Below, one piece after another: positions 38,650 to 48,119 of a stretch of DNA of 64,000 nt (position 1 is the first letter of the stretch; every line of letters starts with the position of its first letter). A program made the translations under genes and the position numbers. The stretch comes from Hydrogenophilales bacterium (lineage in GTDB: Bacteria > Pseudomonadota > Gammaproteobacteria > Burkholderiales > Thiobacteraceae), in assembly GCA_016235775.1 (NCBI GenBank), contig JACRIU010000102.1, positions 32,721 to 96,720 on the forward strand, in the 5' to 3' direction. The notes under the pieces were generated by a model that saw only the letters and a program-made list of their open reading frames with translations, searched no databases and was not told the origin of the DNA.

Positions 38650-39099
38650 TCAAGGAAGAATGTAGGCGTAGCCTTGTTTTTGTTTCTGCATCAATTCAAG
38701 AATGCCGCCAGGCACATATTTGAGATTGGGCAGCATATCCGCCTCGGTCAGCTTTAGGCTCTTCATGGTGTTTTCGCAGACGACTACCTTGATGCCGTTT
38801 TTTATCGCTTCATCGATACGTTGCCCAGCTTCCGAATCAATCGTCAGCAAGTTAACGCCGGGCCCCCAAGCCACGATTTCAATTACGGCGTTTTTTCTAC
38901 CATACGTGGTTTGCACGTTTTTGGCGGCGTTGAGCGCCAGGTACAATTTCTTTGGATCGGCATCGCTGATTTGGAACGCGACTCTTTCTTTTGCGGATGC
39001 TTTGGCTTTGGTATTGGCCGCATAAACTGCCGGCGATAAAGCGGTCAGCAAGATCGATGCCGCACAGGCCAGGGCATACATTCGACATTGCTTGAACAT
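38650..39099 (-). CDS. Exported DsrE-family protein
   Basis: Signal peptide, IEIVAWGPG, VCENTM, QKQGYAYI. Confidence 0.85.
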   Translation of the reverse strand: MFKQCRMYALACAASILLTALSPAVYAANTKAKASAKERVAFQISDADPKKLYLALNAAKNVQTTYGRKNAVIEIVAWGPGVNLLTIDSEAGQRIDEAIKNGIKVVVCENTMKSLKLTEADMLPNLKYVPGGILELMQKQKQGYAYILP

Positions 39100-39124
39100 G
39101 GATGACTCCTTTAACGGCCGGGTT

Positions 39125-40288
39125 TTACTGTGCCGCCCAATGCGGCGTAGCAATGCCCTCGCCCAGATCGGCCTCCACTAAGCGCCGCCGCACCTCTAAC
39201 AGTTTTTCAATCAACGCCGGCTCAGCGCGCGCGTAGGCGTCGGCATCCGGCGTGCGCTTGACCACCACGCCGAGCACCTCGGTGATGGCGTTGCCGATGG
39301 AGTTTTGGCTGATGGTGACGATGAGCTTGCCTTTGTCGTTGCGGTAGATCAGTTGCTTGAAGGCGGGCTGCCAGCGGATGGCGTTGGCGTACTTGGCGTC
39401 CTTGATGCAGCGGTCGCGCACCATCTTCGCCGTCTTTAAAAAATCATTGTTGAATTGCAGCTTGCTTTCCACCAATTCGGGGAAGTAGATGTCGCGCGGC
39501 AGCGGGGCGTTGCGGGTCGAGACTTGGGTGAAAAAGGTGCGGTAGAAATCGATGAAGCCCTTGAGGATGGTGTCGTATTCTTTCCAGAAGCCGATCTCTT
39601 TCAAAGATTCGACGCCGCCGTGCACCTCCCAGCTGGGCAGACCCTGCGGGTAGCCGGTGAGAGCGATTTTGCAACTGCCGGCTTGGCACGGCCGCAGGAT
39701 TTGCAGATCGAGATCGTCGAAGAAATCGCGATACACGTCGCGCATGTAAGACTGAAACAGCGAGTGCTGGCCGCCGTCGGTGAGGTTGGGGTTGTTGGTG
39801 TCGGCGAGCGGCGCATCGCGCAGCTCCGCTTTGTTGAAAACGATGAAATGATTATGCAGCATGCGAATGCTCGGCACCCCCGGCGAGGTGAGCGGCCAAG
39901 TCGCATCCAGGCTCGCTTCGCCGGTCAGCACCAGGGTTTCGTCCGGATCGGGGTAGCGTTCCAGCATATAGTCGAAGATGACCTGGTTCATCCGGTTCCA
40001 CACGTTTTTCACCTGCTCCGGCACTTGAGTGCGGCGCACCGGGCGGCCGAGCGGGTCGAGAATGCTCTGCGAAGTGTTGTAGATGATCGAGGCGTCGAAT
40101 TCGTTGCTATGGCCGAGCGCCTTGCGATACAGCAGCAGTCCTTCCGGGTTTTGCAGCAGGCCGTTATTGTGCGACAGGTCGTTGAGATTCTCGGTGCTGT
40201 TGAAAAATTCGTTCGGCTTCATCCCCTCCGGTACATCGAGTGGTATTTGGCGAAACGGGGTGACGATCTCTCTTGGTCCGGACTGCAT
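39125..40288 (-). CDS. Conserved-looking hypothetical protein with a HIT-like motif
   Basis: 387 aa ORF with strong host-like codon bias; GVPSIRMLHNHFIVF. Confidence 0.8.
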   Translation of the reverse strand: MQSGPREIVTPFRQIPLDVPEGMKPNEFFNSTENLNDLSHNNGLLQNPEGLLLYRKALGHSNEFDASIIYNTSQSILDPLGRPVRRTQVPEQVKNVWNRMNQVIFDYMLERYPDPDETLVLTGEASLDATWPLTSPGVPSIRMLHNHFIVFNKAELRDAPLADTNNPNLTDGGQHSLFQSYMRDVYRDFFDDLDLQILRPCQAGSCKIALTGYPQGLPSWEVHGGVESLKEIGFWKEYDTILKGFIDFYRTFFTQVSTRNAPLPRDIYFPELVESKLQFNNDFLKTAKMVRDRCIKDAKYANAIRWQPAFKQLIYRNDKGKLIVTISQNSIGNAITEVLGVVVKRTPDADAYARAEPALIEKLLEVRRRLVEADLGEGIATPHWAAQ

Positions 40289-40408
40289 GTGCGTTGTACC
40301 TCGAAATGTTTTTTATGGCGCGATCAATTGTTATAGAGGCAAATGATCAAAGAGACTGCTGATTGGGGTATGGTATATGAAGCGGTGGGAGAGGTGAACT
40401 GCGATGAT

Positions 40409-40448
40409 TCCCCTCTCCCACTTGTGGGAGAGGGGTTGGGGAGAGGGC
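40409..40448. repeat. CCCTCTCCC-hairpin repeat (orphan)
   Basis: TCCCCTCTCCCACTTGTGGGAGAGGGGTTGGGGAGAGGGC. Confidence 0.85.
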
Positions 40449-40474
40449 AGATAAAACCAATTTCAGGACTTGAA

Positions 40475-41131
40475 TTGCCAGCCGATAAAACAATCAAAGA
40501 TACAGTCGTGTTAGTCCATGGCCTCTGGATGCGAGGCTGGGTGATAGCGTGGCTGGGGGGGCGGCTGCGACGCTGCGGTTTTAATACCGTTGCTTTTTCT
40601 TACCCCTCCGTGCGCGGCACGCTGTCGCAAAACGCGCTGCGCTTATCGCGCTTTGTCGCGGGGCTGGATGCGCCGCGCATTCATTTTATGGGGCATAGCC
40701 TGGGCGGTCTGGTGCTGCTGCAAATGCTGGCCACGCACCCTGATCCGCGCACCGGCCGCGTGGTGCTGGCTGGGTGCCCGTACCGCGCCAGCTATGCGGC
40801 AAGCAAGCTCGCGCGCAGAGGGTTGGGGAGATTGCTGATCGGGCGTAGCGTGTTGCAGTATTTGGGTCAACCGGCGCCAGAGTGCGCCGAGCGCTACGAG
40901 GTGGGCGTGATCGCCGGTTGCAAACCTCTGGGTGCCGGCAGGTTCATAGGTGGGGTGCCGCAGCCGAATGATGGTGTGGTGGTAGTTGAAGAGACGGCTT
41001 TGCCAGGTGCAAGCGATCAGATCGTGCTCAATGTGTGCCACACATGCATGCTGCTATCCGCTCAGGTCGCGCGTCAGGCCTGTGCATTTTTGCGCCAGGG
41101 ACATTTTTTACACGATATGGAATCAAAGTGA
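40475..41131 (+). CDS. Alpha/beta hydrolase (lipase/esterase-like)
   Basis: VLVHGLW, GHSLGG, NDGVV, H; start uncertain, placed at TTG 40475 after the repeat. Confidence 0.85.
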   Translation: MPADKTIKDTVVLVHGLWMRGWVIAWLGGRLRRCGFNTVAFSYPSVRGTLSQNALRLSRFVAGLDAPRIHFMGHSLGGLVLLQMLATHPDPRTGRVVLAGCPYRASYAASKLARRGLGRLLIGRSVLQYLGQPAPECAERYEVGVIAGCKPLGAGRFIGGVPQPNDGVVVVEETALPGASDQIVLNVCHTCMLLSAQVARQACAFLRQGHFLHDMESK

Positions 41132-42204
41132 CGTTACGCATCTTGCGCACATTCAAGCTTGCCCTGGTGCTGGGCCTTGCCGCCTGGCTCGGCGGCTGCG
41201 CCAATTTTTCCTATTACGCCCAAGCGGTGGGCGGGCAACTGGACATCTTGCGCCGAGCCCAGCCGATCAGCGAGATCACGGCCGACCCGAACGCCGATCA
41301 AAAGTTAAAACGCACGCTAGCCAAAATCGTGCAGCTACGCGAATTCGCCAGCCGCGAGTTGCAGTTGCCGGATAACCCAAGTTATCTGAGCTACGCCGAT
41401 CTGGAGCGCCCCTATGTGGTGTGGAATGTGTTCGCCACGCCGGAGCTGTCGATCGAGCCTAAGCAGTCGTGCTTCGTGGGCGCGGGCTGCGTGACTTATC
41501 GCGGATTTTTCTCACAGGCAGAGGCGGAAGGCTACGCGCAGGCATTGAAGGAGGAGGGTTTCGATGTCTACGTGGGAGGGGTGCCCGCTTATTCCACGCT
41601 GGGCTGGTTCAACGATCCAGTGTTGAATACTTTCGTGCGTTATCCCGAAACCGAACTCGCGCGGCTGATCTTTCACGAGCTCGCGCATCAGGTGGTGTAT
41701 GTGAGCGATGACACGACCTTCAATGAATCTTTTGCCACCGCAGTCGAGTTGGAAGGGGTAGGGCGTTGGCTGGCAAGTCACGGTACCGCCGAACAGCGCA
41801 CCGCATTTGATGCAGCGCAGATACGGCGCGCAGTTTTCACCGAGGCCGTGCGCACCAAGCGTAAACAGCTGGAGGTGCTGTTTGCCTCAAGTATGAGCGA
41901 TGCGGAAAAGCGCGCAGGCAAAGCACGCATTTTTACCGAACTGCGCGCCGAACTTTCCCAGCTAAAGACAACGTCAACGGGAAAGAGCGCCCTGGACCAA
42001 TGGCTAGCGCAGCAACTCAACAATGCGCACCTGGCGTCGTTCTCCACTTACACCCAACTGGTGCCCGCATTTCGGGCGCTGCTCACGCAGCAGCAGGGGG
42101 ATATGGGACGGTTTTATGCGGTGGTTAAGGAAATGAGTTCGCTGTCGGCGGCTGAGCGGGCGGCGGTGTTGCAAACGTCGGTTAGAAGCGTGGCGCAACG
42201 ATGA
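41128..42204 (+). CDS. Putative zinc aminopeptidase lipoprotein (DUF2265-like)
   Basis: Lipobox LGGC, AYSTLGWFNDP, FHELAHQ, FNESFA; GTG start overlaps the upstream stop. Confidence 0.88.
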   Translation: MTLRILRTFKLALVLGLAAWLGGCANFSYYAQAVGGQLDILRRAQPISEITADPNADQKLKRTLAKIVQLREFASRELQLPDNPSYLSYADLERPYVVWNVFATPELSIEPKQSCFVGAGCVTYRGFFSQAEAEGYAQALKEEGFDVYVGGVPAYSTLGWFNDPVLNTFVRYPETELARLIFHELAHQVVYVSDDTTFNESFATAVELEGVGRWLASHGTAEQRTAFDAAQIRRAVFTEAVRTKRKQLEVLFASSMSDAEKRAGKARIFTELRAELSQLKTTSTGKSALDQWLAQQLNNAHLASFSTYTQLVPAFRALLTQQQGDMGRFYAVVKEMSSLSAAERAAVLQTSVRSVAQR

Positions 42205-42220
42205 AGTGGTGAGCTAGCAG

Positions 42221-42295
42221 ATATGGCTGGTTAGACTGAAAGCGTAAGTTCAAGCACTGTTGTGCGACCGTCTCTTACTCGGCCAAAGCGGACAT
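42221..42295. repeat. Left boundary repeat (two ~28-bp units)
   Basis: Reverse complement ATGTCCGCTTTGGCCGAGTAAGAGACGGTCGC...TGAACTTACGC aligns to 49406-49458. Confidence 0.65.
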
Positions 42296-42472
42296 GTCGG
42301 GTTATTCTTGCAGGTGTATGCTTTTCGGCGGATGCACAAGCTTGATGCATAAGGGTTCTATCAACGTCCGACGATTCATTAAACTCTCTAGGCTGGGGCG
42401 TTTTTGTTAAATGAATTCAATTCAAAAGCGTATAATTCTGGGTTATTTACTATCCCCCAGAATGAGAAGCAA

Positions 42473-45280
42473 ATGAGGCCAACCAAACCGCAGACTCAAG
42501 CCCATCTCTCCGCTTTTGCTGCCGCCGACGACAGTCCCGTAGCCGCGGTCTACGAGGAACTCCCATTACACACGGGAGATTCAGCAGTTGCGATTGCCCA
42601 TTTGAAAGGCTTGGACTGGGGGTTCACCGACGACGATACACGTTTCCTGGGGCACGACCTTCACCCCTATCCAGCCAAGTTCATCCCTCAATTACCGGGT
42701 ACTTTCATCTCGTTGCTTAGTTCGCGGGGGGATCTTGTTCTGGACCCGTTCGGGGGTAGCGGCACAACTGCTCTCGAAGCCATACGTCTTGGTAGACGGG
42801 CAGTGAGCATTGACGCCAATCCTGTTGCAGCCCTTATTGGCCGTGTGAAGACAGCTCGTGTGTCTGCTGACGCCACTGCGGAACTTCACCTCCTGCACGG
42901 TGCACTACGGGCATTGCTTGAGTCTTTGCCAAATGATGCATCCGAGTTAGTCACGGCCTACGGCGCTCATGCTCCCAAAATCGCGAACCGTGAGAAGTGG
43001 TTTGCTGATTCGGCCTTTGGTGAGCTTGCCCACATTCGTTACCGAGTTTCCCAACTGGAGAGCGAGACCGCACGGGACATTGCGATGCTTGCCCTTTCTC
43101 GAACCGTGTTGTCAGCATCGTTCCAAGACTCGGAGACTCGATATAAGAGCGTCCCGCGAGAAGTATTGGTTGGCGAGACGACAAAGCGCTACGTCAAGGA
43201 GTTCGAATCGGTAATGAAATCTGTTGCCCGCAATGCGGCAGCGACTCGCTACGGTGTTTCTCGATTCCTGACTGGGGACGTACGGTACCTGTCTCAGCAA
43301 GTCATTTCAGACGGCTCCGTGGACCTGGTCGTTACGTCGCCACCCTACGGCAACGCTACCGATTACCACTTGTACCACCGCTTCAGACTACTGTGGCTTG
43401 GCCACGACCCCATCGCTCTCGGCAAGGTAGAGATTGGGTCGCACCTTAAACACCAACGCGAGTCCAGCGGGTTCGACAGTTACTTGTCGGACATGCGTCA
43501 GGCGCTTGATCGCATTGGCCGCGTGCTGAAAAATGGGCGCTACGCTGCACTTGTCATAGGAGACTCGGTTTACGGGGGTGAGACGTATTCGACGGCCGAA
43601 CTCTTGTCCGAAAGGGCAGCTGAACACGGGTTCGATACTAGTTGCATCTTCGAGCGACCAGTGCACAAAACGAAGCGTTCCTTTGCTCCGGCTGGAAGGA
43701 GAGCAGCGACGGAAAGCCTCCTAGTTATGCGCAGGGCAGCTCGTAAAACCATCGTTACCCTAGAAGCCCCCCCGTACAAGTTGTGGCCTTACGAACAAGA
43801 ACTCCGCAAGCGCGAAACAGATGGAAACACCAAACGTAAGCCGGCTTCAAGTTATGGCGGTTCTATGCAAAAGAGCGTCGACGTCAAGGGTCTGCTGCGC
43901 TGTCGTTCACTGGTGTTCACTCACCAAATCCGGCACGCAGGTGGTCATACGGAGGCTACGTGGCAAGCCATTTTGGAAAACGGCATGGCGGTAAACCCGA
44001 GTGCGCGCAAGGATCCAAAGTACGTGACTCACGGCATCCATGCTTATAAGGGAAAGTTCTATCCGCAATTGGCAAAGGGGCTTATCAACCAGCTGTCACT
44101 ACCCCACGGTGCTCGTATACTGGACCCGTTTTGTGGCAGTGGTACGTCCCTACTTGAGGGGCATCTAAACGGTTATGCAACGTACGGTTGCGACCTGCAC
44201 CCTTTGGCAGCCCAAATAGCACGAGCCAAGACATCAATTCTCGAAGTCGACCCGGACGTGTTGACCGAAGTGGTATCGACAGTGGTGGAAACCATCGATA
44301 CCGCACCTGAGCGCCTCACAACGGTACTGGATCAGTTCAAACCTGCCTGCATAGACGAAATCAACCGCTGGTTTGCCGTGCCCGTTTCCATCAAGCTGAA
44401 CTGGTTACTCAAAGTAATTAGAACTGGAAGCAGCGGGGCAATACGAGACTTCCTTGAAGTAGTGCTCAGCAGTATCATCCGTGACGTGTCGCAACAGGAA
44501 CCTACTGACCTTCGTATTCGGTATCGGAAAGAGTTTCTGGATGATGCCGACGTGTTTGGTCTGTTCAAGGAGCAACTTGCACTGCAATTCGGACGCATCG
44601 AAAAGTTCTGGAAGGTTCGAGGTTATGCCCCCAACCCTTTCTTCCGCTCGCAGGTGGTTTCCGGTGACAATCGACTGAGTACCACATATGACGCACTTGG
44701 CCTTGCCGATGAGTCGGTAGACCTTGTATTGACAAGCCCACCCTATGCGATGGCCTTGCCATATATTGACACGGACCGCCTGTCCCTACTGACTTTGTTC
44801 GGATTGGGGGGAAGTGATCGCCGACCGATTGAGCAAGTCCTCATCGGCAGCCGGGAACTCACAGCAACAAATAAGCGGCAACTCGAAACCAGCTTTCTCC
44901 AAGGGGACAGCCTGCCTGCCGAATGCTTGAAATTCGTACGAGACCTGCATAAAGTTATCGAAGCCTCGTCCGACTCAGGGTTCCGCAAGCAGAACATGCC
45001 GGCGCTCACACACCGATTCCTGAAGGATATGGATGCTGTCTTCGCACAGCTCTACAGGCTATGCAAGCCTGGAGCCGAGGTAATGTTAGTCATCGGAGAC
45101 AGCAAGATGACTATCGACGGTGAGGACGTGCGAATTCCTTCAACAGACTTAACTGAGCGCGTGGCAGTGGCTCAAGGTTTCACGCCAGTAGAACGCATTG
45201 ACATTTCAGTGACCACCGAGAACTTGGTGCACATCAAGAACGCCATCACTGAAAACGTTGTGCTGCGGTTTCGCAAGTGA
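42473..45280 (+). CDS. Fused tandem DNA methyltransferase (two amino-MTase domains, probably N4-cytosine)
   Basis: Domain 1 HPYPAKF / LDPFGGSGTT / TSPPY; domain 2 HAYKGKF / LDPFCGSGTS / TSPPY; start ATG 42473 (or TTG 42404). Confidence 0.9.
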   Translation: MRPTKPQTQAHLSAFAAADDSPVAAVYEELPLHTGDSAVAIAHLKGLDWGFTDDDTRFLGHDLHPYPAKFIPQLPGTFISLLSSRGDLVLDPFGGSGTTALEAIRLGRRAVSIDANPVAALIGRVKTARVSADATAELHLLHGALRALLESLPNDASELVTAYGAHAPKIANREKWFADSAFGELAHIRYRVSQLESETARDIAMLALSRTVLSASFQDSETRYKSVPREVLVGETTKRYVKEFESVMKSVARNAAATRYGVSRFLTGDVRYLSQQVISDGSVDLVVTSPPYGNATDYHLYHRFRLLWLGHDPIALGKVEIGSHLKHQRESSGFDSYLSDMRQALDRIGRVLKNGRYAALVIGDSVYGGETYSTAELLSERAAEHGFDTSCIFERPVHKTKRSFAPAGRRAATESLLVMRRAARKTIVTLEAPPYKLWPYEQELRKRETDGNTKRKPASSYGGSMQKSVDVKGLLRCRSLVFTHQIRHAGGHTEATWQAILENGMAVNPSARKDPKYVTHGIHAYKGKFYPQLAKGLINQLSLPHGARILDPFCGSGTSLLEGHLNGYATYGCDLHPLAAQIARAKTSILEVDPDVLTEVVSTVVETIDTAPERLTTVLDQFKPACIDEINRWFAVPVSIKLNWLLKVIRTGSSGAIRDFLEVVLSSIIRDVSQQEPTDLRIRYRKEFLDDADVFGLFKEQLALQFGRIEKFWKVRGYAPNPFFRSQVVSGDNRLSTTYDALGLADESVDLVLTSPPYAMALPYIDTDRLSLLTLFGLGGSDRRPIEQVLIGSRELTATNKRQLETSFLQGDSLPAECLKFVRDLHKVIEASSDSGFRKQNMPALTHRFLKDMDAVFAQLYRLCKPGAEVMLVIGDSKMTIDGEDVRIPSTDLTERVAVAQGFTPVERIDISVTTENLVHIKNAITENVVLRFRK

Positions 45281-45282
45281 GG

Positions 45283-46599
45283 TCAAGAGAATCCAAACAC
45301 GCGGGGAGAGCGCCCACTACCCGGGGAGCAATGGGTCATCCATTCCACATGCTCTTGTGTTCCAGCAACAGCTAGCGCGCAATCGTAGACATAGGGTTCG
45401 TTGTCACACCTCGTGATGCGAACTATGTCCCCGCTATTCGCCCACGCGGCGAGGGCGCCAGAGTAGAAACGATAATCCGAACTGTTCTTGTAGTAGTACA
45501 TGCGAACACCCTTGATGACCACCTTGTCAGGATTGCTGATTGAGCGCACTCGCCACACGGGCTTCCAGTTCAGGTACACCCGCTCCTCGCCACCGGGGTC
45601 TTCGCCCTTTCGTGGATTAATTGACTCTGTGTAGTTGTCAGGCCAACCCCAAAATTCCTGTGCTGCGTTAATAGCCTCGAGAGGCACGCGCTGTTCACCT
45701 GGAATTTTGCCGGTTGTACCTGTAGTCGCAGTGAGTTCAAGGTAAAACGCGGTAGGCGCAATTTGCGCCAAAGGTATCAAGCCTAGGATATCTGGCTCTA
45801 TCTCGCTCTCTGGCGCCTCTAGCGGAACGCCGCCGGCAGCAGCTTGCGCACCTTCCTCCGCGGCCTTACGAGCCCTCTTCTCCTCATCCAACTCGTCGAG
45901 CTGATGGCGGATTGCAGCCAACACAACTTGTTGAACTTCAAGGGGTAACTGGGGCGGACCAGGAGTCGATTCAAAACCAAATACATCAGGTTCGGCTCCG
46001 GTCGCGACTGACTCACCTCGAGCGATTTTGCGGCGCTGCCTCGCTTCTGCAGCGCTCGGAATGTCGCTTCGGGCAGCCAGCAACTCAAGATATTCTTGGT
46101 CGAGACGGCGGCTTACGGGTGGGGCCGGCTTGATAAATTTGCTGAGCTGTTGCTTTGTCTTGGCAAGTTCGGCCGCGTCCGCAGGTAACTGGTACGTTAC
46201 GCGTACAGCACCCTCGTAGTTGCCATACAGGCCACCCTCAGTGAGGTTGTTAGACCCTAGAAAGATCTCTGCAGTTTCGGCAGTCTCTACGATGTAAAGC
46301 TTCGGATGAAAGGTAACGCCACCTTTGCGATTCTTAAAAATGAAAACTTCCACCTGCCAAGTTGCAAGCTCTTGAAGAACCTCTTTACTGGTGCCACCCA
46401 TGTCCACACCAATGACTACACGGATGGAAGCAGCTCCATCGTGCAGCTCATGCAATCGGTGCTTTAGCCGAAGGACTGCCTGGAGCGATGCGAATGCAGA
46501 GACGATGAAAACGCACGTTGGATTGGCCGGTGCTGCGAGTGCGCCATGAAGCAACACACCGAGTTGCTCTTGCGGTTGGGCGATGAAGTTAACTTCCAA
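45283..46599 (-). CDS. Phospholipase D-family nuclease, putative restriction endonuclease (BfiI/NgoFVII-like)
   Basis: FHPKLYIV...GSNNLT..GL..NYE single HKD-like motif; convergent with the MTase. Confidence 0.8.
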   Translation of the reverse strand: MEVNFIAQPQEQLGVLLHGALAAPANPTCVFIVSAFASLQAVLRLKHRLHELHDGAASIRVVIGVDMGGTSKEVLQELATWQVEVFIFKNRKGGVTFHPKLYIVETAETAEIFLGSNNLTEGGLYGNYEGAVRVTYQLPADAAELAKTKQQLSKFIKPAPPVSRRLDQEYLELLAARSDIPSAAEARQRRKIARGESVATGAEPDVFGFESTPGPPQLPLEVQQVVLAAIRHQLDELDEEKRARKAAEEGAQAAAGGVPLEAPESEIEPDILGLIPLAQIAPTAFYLELTATTGTTGKIPGEQRVPLEAINAAQEFWGWPDNYTESINPRKGEDPGGEERVYLNWKPVWRVRSISNPDKVVIKGVRMYYYKNSSDYRFYSGALAAWANSGDIVRITRCDNEPYVYDCALAVAGTQEHVEWMTHCSPGSGRSPRVFGFS

Positions 46600-46737
46600 A
46601 ATAATTTAGCCGTTTCTTTAGTGAGCGATTATTGACTAATAATACCGAACAACTTCCGACAGAATAAGCTATTTTCCGTCTAGGGAAACTCAAATGATTG
46701 GAGCCGACTCAAGCAGCCTCTTGCGTTGTTTGCCCTG

Positions 46738-46842
46738 GCTGACCGTTTAGGGACTGAAAGACTTATCCGGAGGCGGGGAAAGCGGTCATTGGTGAACGAC
46801 CGTTGTCAGGCGGACGGCGGCTAAGGCCGAGAACCGGAAGGT
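46738..46842. repeat. Internal cluster of boundary-type ~28-bp units
   Basis: TGACCGTTTAGGGACTGAAAG, AAAGCGGTCATT and ACGGCGGCTAAGGCCGAGAACCGGAAGGT resemble units at 42221-42295 and 49406-49477. Confidence 0.55.
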
Positions 46843-46958
46843 GGCCGTGACCGCCGGGACGGGCTGGAGTTCGGCCTTATGTAGCGTTCCAGATAAGGCC
46901 AATGTGCGGTCTGGTCACCTCTTTGTTTTCGGTGCCGGAATAGAGAGCGCTTTACTCA

Positions 46959-48119
46959 TCACCAGACAAACTTTACCACGCGACCTACCGCCTCGTGCAT
47001 GCCGATCCAGGTTGCGCACGCGACCAGCAGTATTCCGCATGCAAGTGCTACGAGTATGACCGCTTTGACTGACTGCGTTACCCACCGCCAGCGGGAACCT
47101 GACCACGGTGACATCGTCAGCTTGTTTGGTTGATCACCCCAATCGGCCAGGTCAATTGCGGGCCAGGTCAGGAACGGGGCCCATTTCTCTTTCATGACTC
47201 GGCTCAAATGTCTCTCCTCGAAATAGTCGCTATGGCCAAACATGGGTTCCAGCTTGTGGATAATGTTCGCCTGATTGTTGAATCCGTAACGTCCGGAGGG
47301 ACCGGAGTCGGGTATGAAGTACTGCGCCGCGCGAACCGGAATGTCTCGTGCACCGTAGTGGCACATCACTGCCTCGATGCGCCCCGAGTTCAACAGCTCG
47401 TCCCATTGAAAATCGGGCCGCACGATCGAGCCGGTCAAGATTACTCGGCCAAGCTTGACGGGGTCAGCGCTTCGGTCGGCCAGCATTGCTTGCGTCAAAA
47501 GCCACGTACCGAAACTGTGCGCAATCACGTCGCACCGCTCTCCGTATCCTGCTGCTTTCATTTCATTACGAAGTCTAGTCAGATACCTGAGTAACCTGTC
47601 TCGATGCAGATTCTGGCGATACGGAATGAGTGGGCTGAGCTTGATGTTGCCATACTTGTAGATTCCCACGGGCACGGCGTAGCCGTATAACTGGGCCAGT
47701 CGCCAGCTGAAGTTCTGTTGCCACTCTCCCGGAGTATTCATTCCATGGACCGTGATCACCCACCGCACGTCTCGTGACCTGTGCCCCTCACGCATGTAGG
47801 TACGGACCAGTTCGGGGAGCGCGCCGTCTGGAAACGTATAGCCACATGAGCACCGCCTGTCTAGCTCGCCTTCGCGCGTCAGGTTGTTGCCACAGTTCGG
47901 GCATCGGCGATCTTCCTGGACCGCTAAGTACCCATCACGGACCAGGCGATCCAACAGGGCCCGAATTTTCTCAGGTTGAACATCGAGTTCCGCGCCCAAT
48001 TCCTGAACGGTCAGAAATATGGGATCGCTCGATGCGAGCGCCGACGCGATAGTTGAAATTAGTTGACCGTCGAATTCGACATCCAACACGTGCCAATAGG
48101 CGGTAGGAATTGGTTTCAT
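46959..48119 (-). CDS. wHTH / Zn-ribbon / alpha-beta hydrolase / C-terminal TM fusion protein
   Basis: LTVQELGAELDV..LLDRLVRDGYL, CPNC..CSC, VHGMNT, IAHSFG, GARD, GHSDYF, hydrophobic C-terminus. Confidence 0.8.
   Translation of the reverse strand: MKPIPTAYWHVLDVEFDGQLISTIASALASSDPIFLTVQELGAELDVQPEKIRALLDRLVRDGYLAVQEDRRCPNCGNNLTREGELDRRCSCGYTFPDGALPELVRTYMREGHRSRDVRWVITVHGMNTPGEWQQNFSWRLAQLYGYAVPVGIYKYGNIKLSPLIPYRQNLHRDRLLRYLTRLRNEMKAAGYGERCDVIAHSFGTWLLTQAMLADRSADPVKLGRVILTGSIVRPDFQWDELLNSGRIEAVMCHYGARDIPVRAAQYFIPDSGPSGRYGFNNQANIIHKLEPMFGHSDYFEERHLSRVMKEKWAPFLTWPAIDLADWGDQPNKLTMSPWSGSRWRWVTQSVKAVILVALACGILLVACATWIGMHEAVGRVVKFVW

Noticed and set aside
46873..46900. Hairpin GGCCTTAT-N12-ATAAGGCC downstream of the hydrolase fusion gene
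   Set aside because: It could be a terminator but has a long loop and no U-tract; too weak to call.
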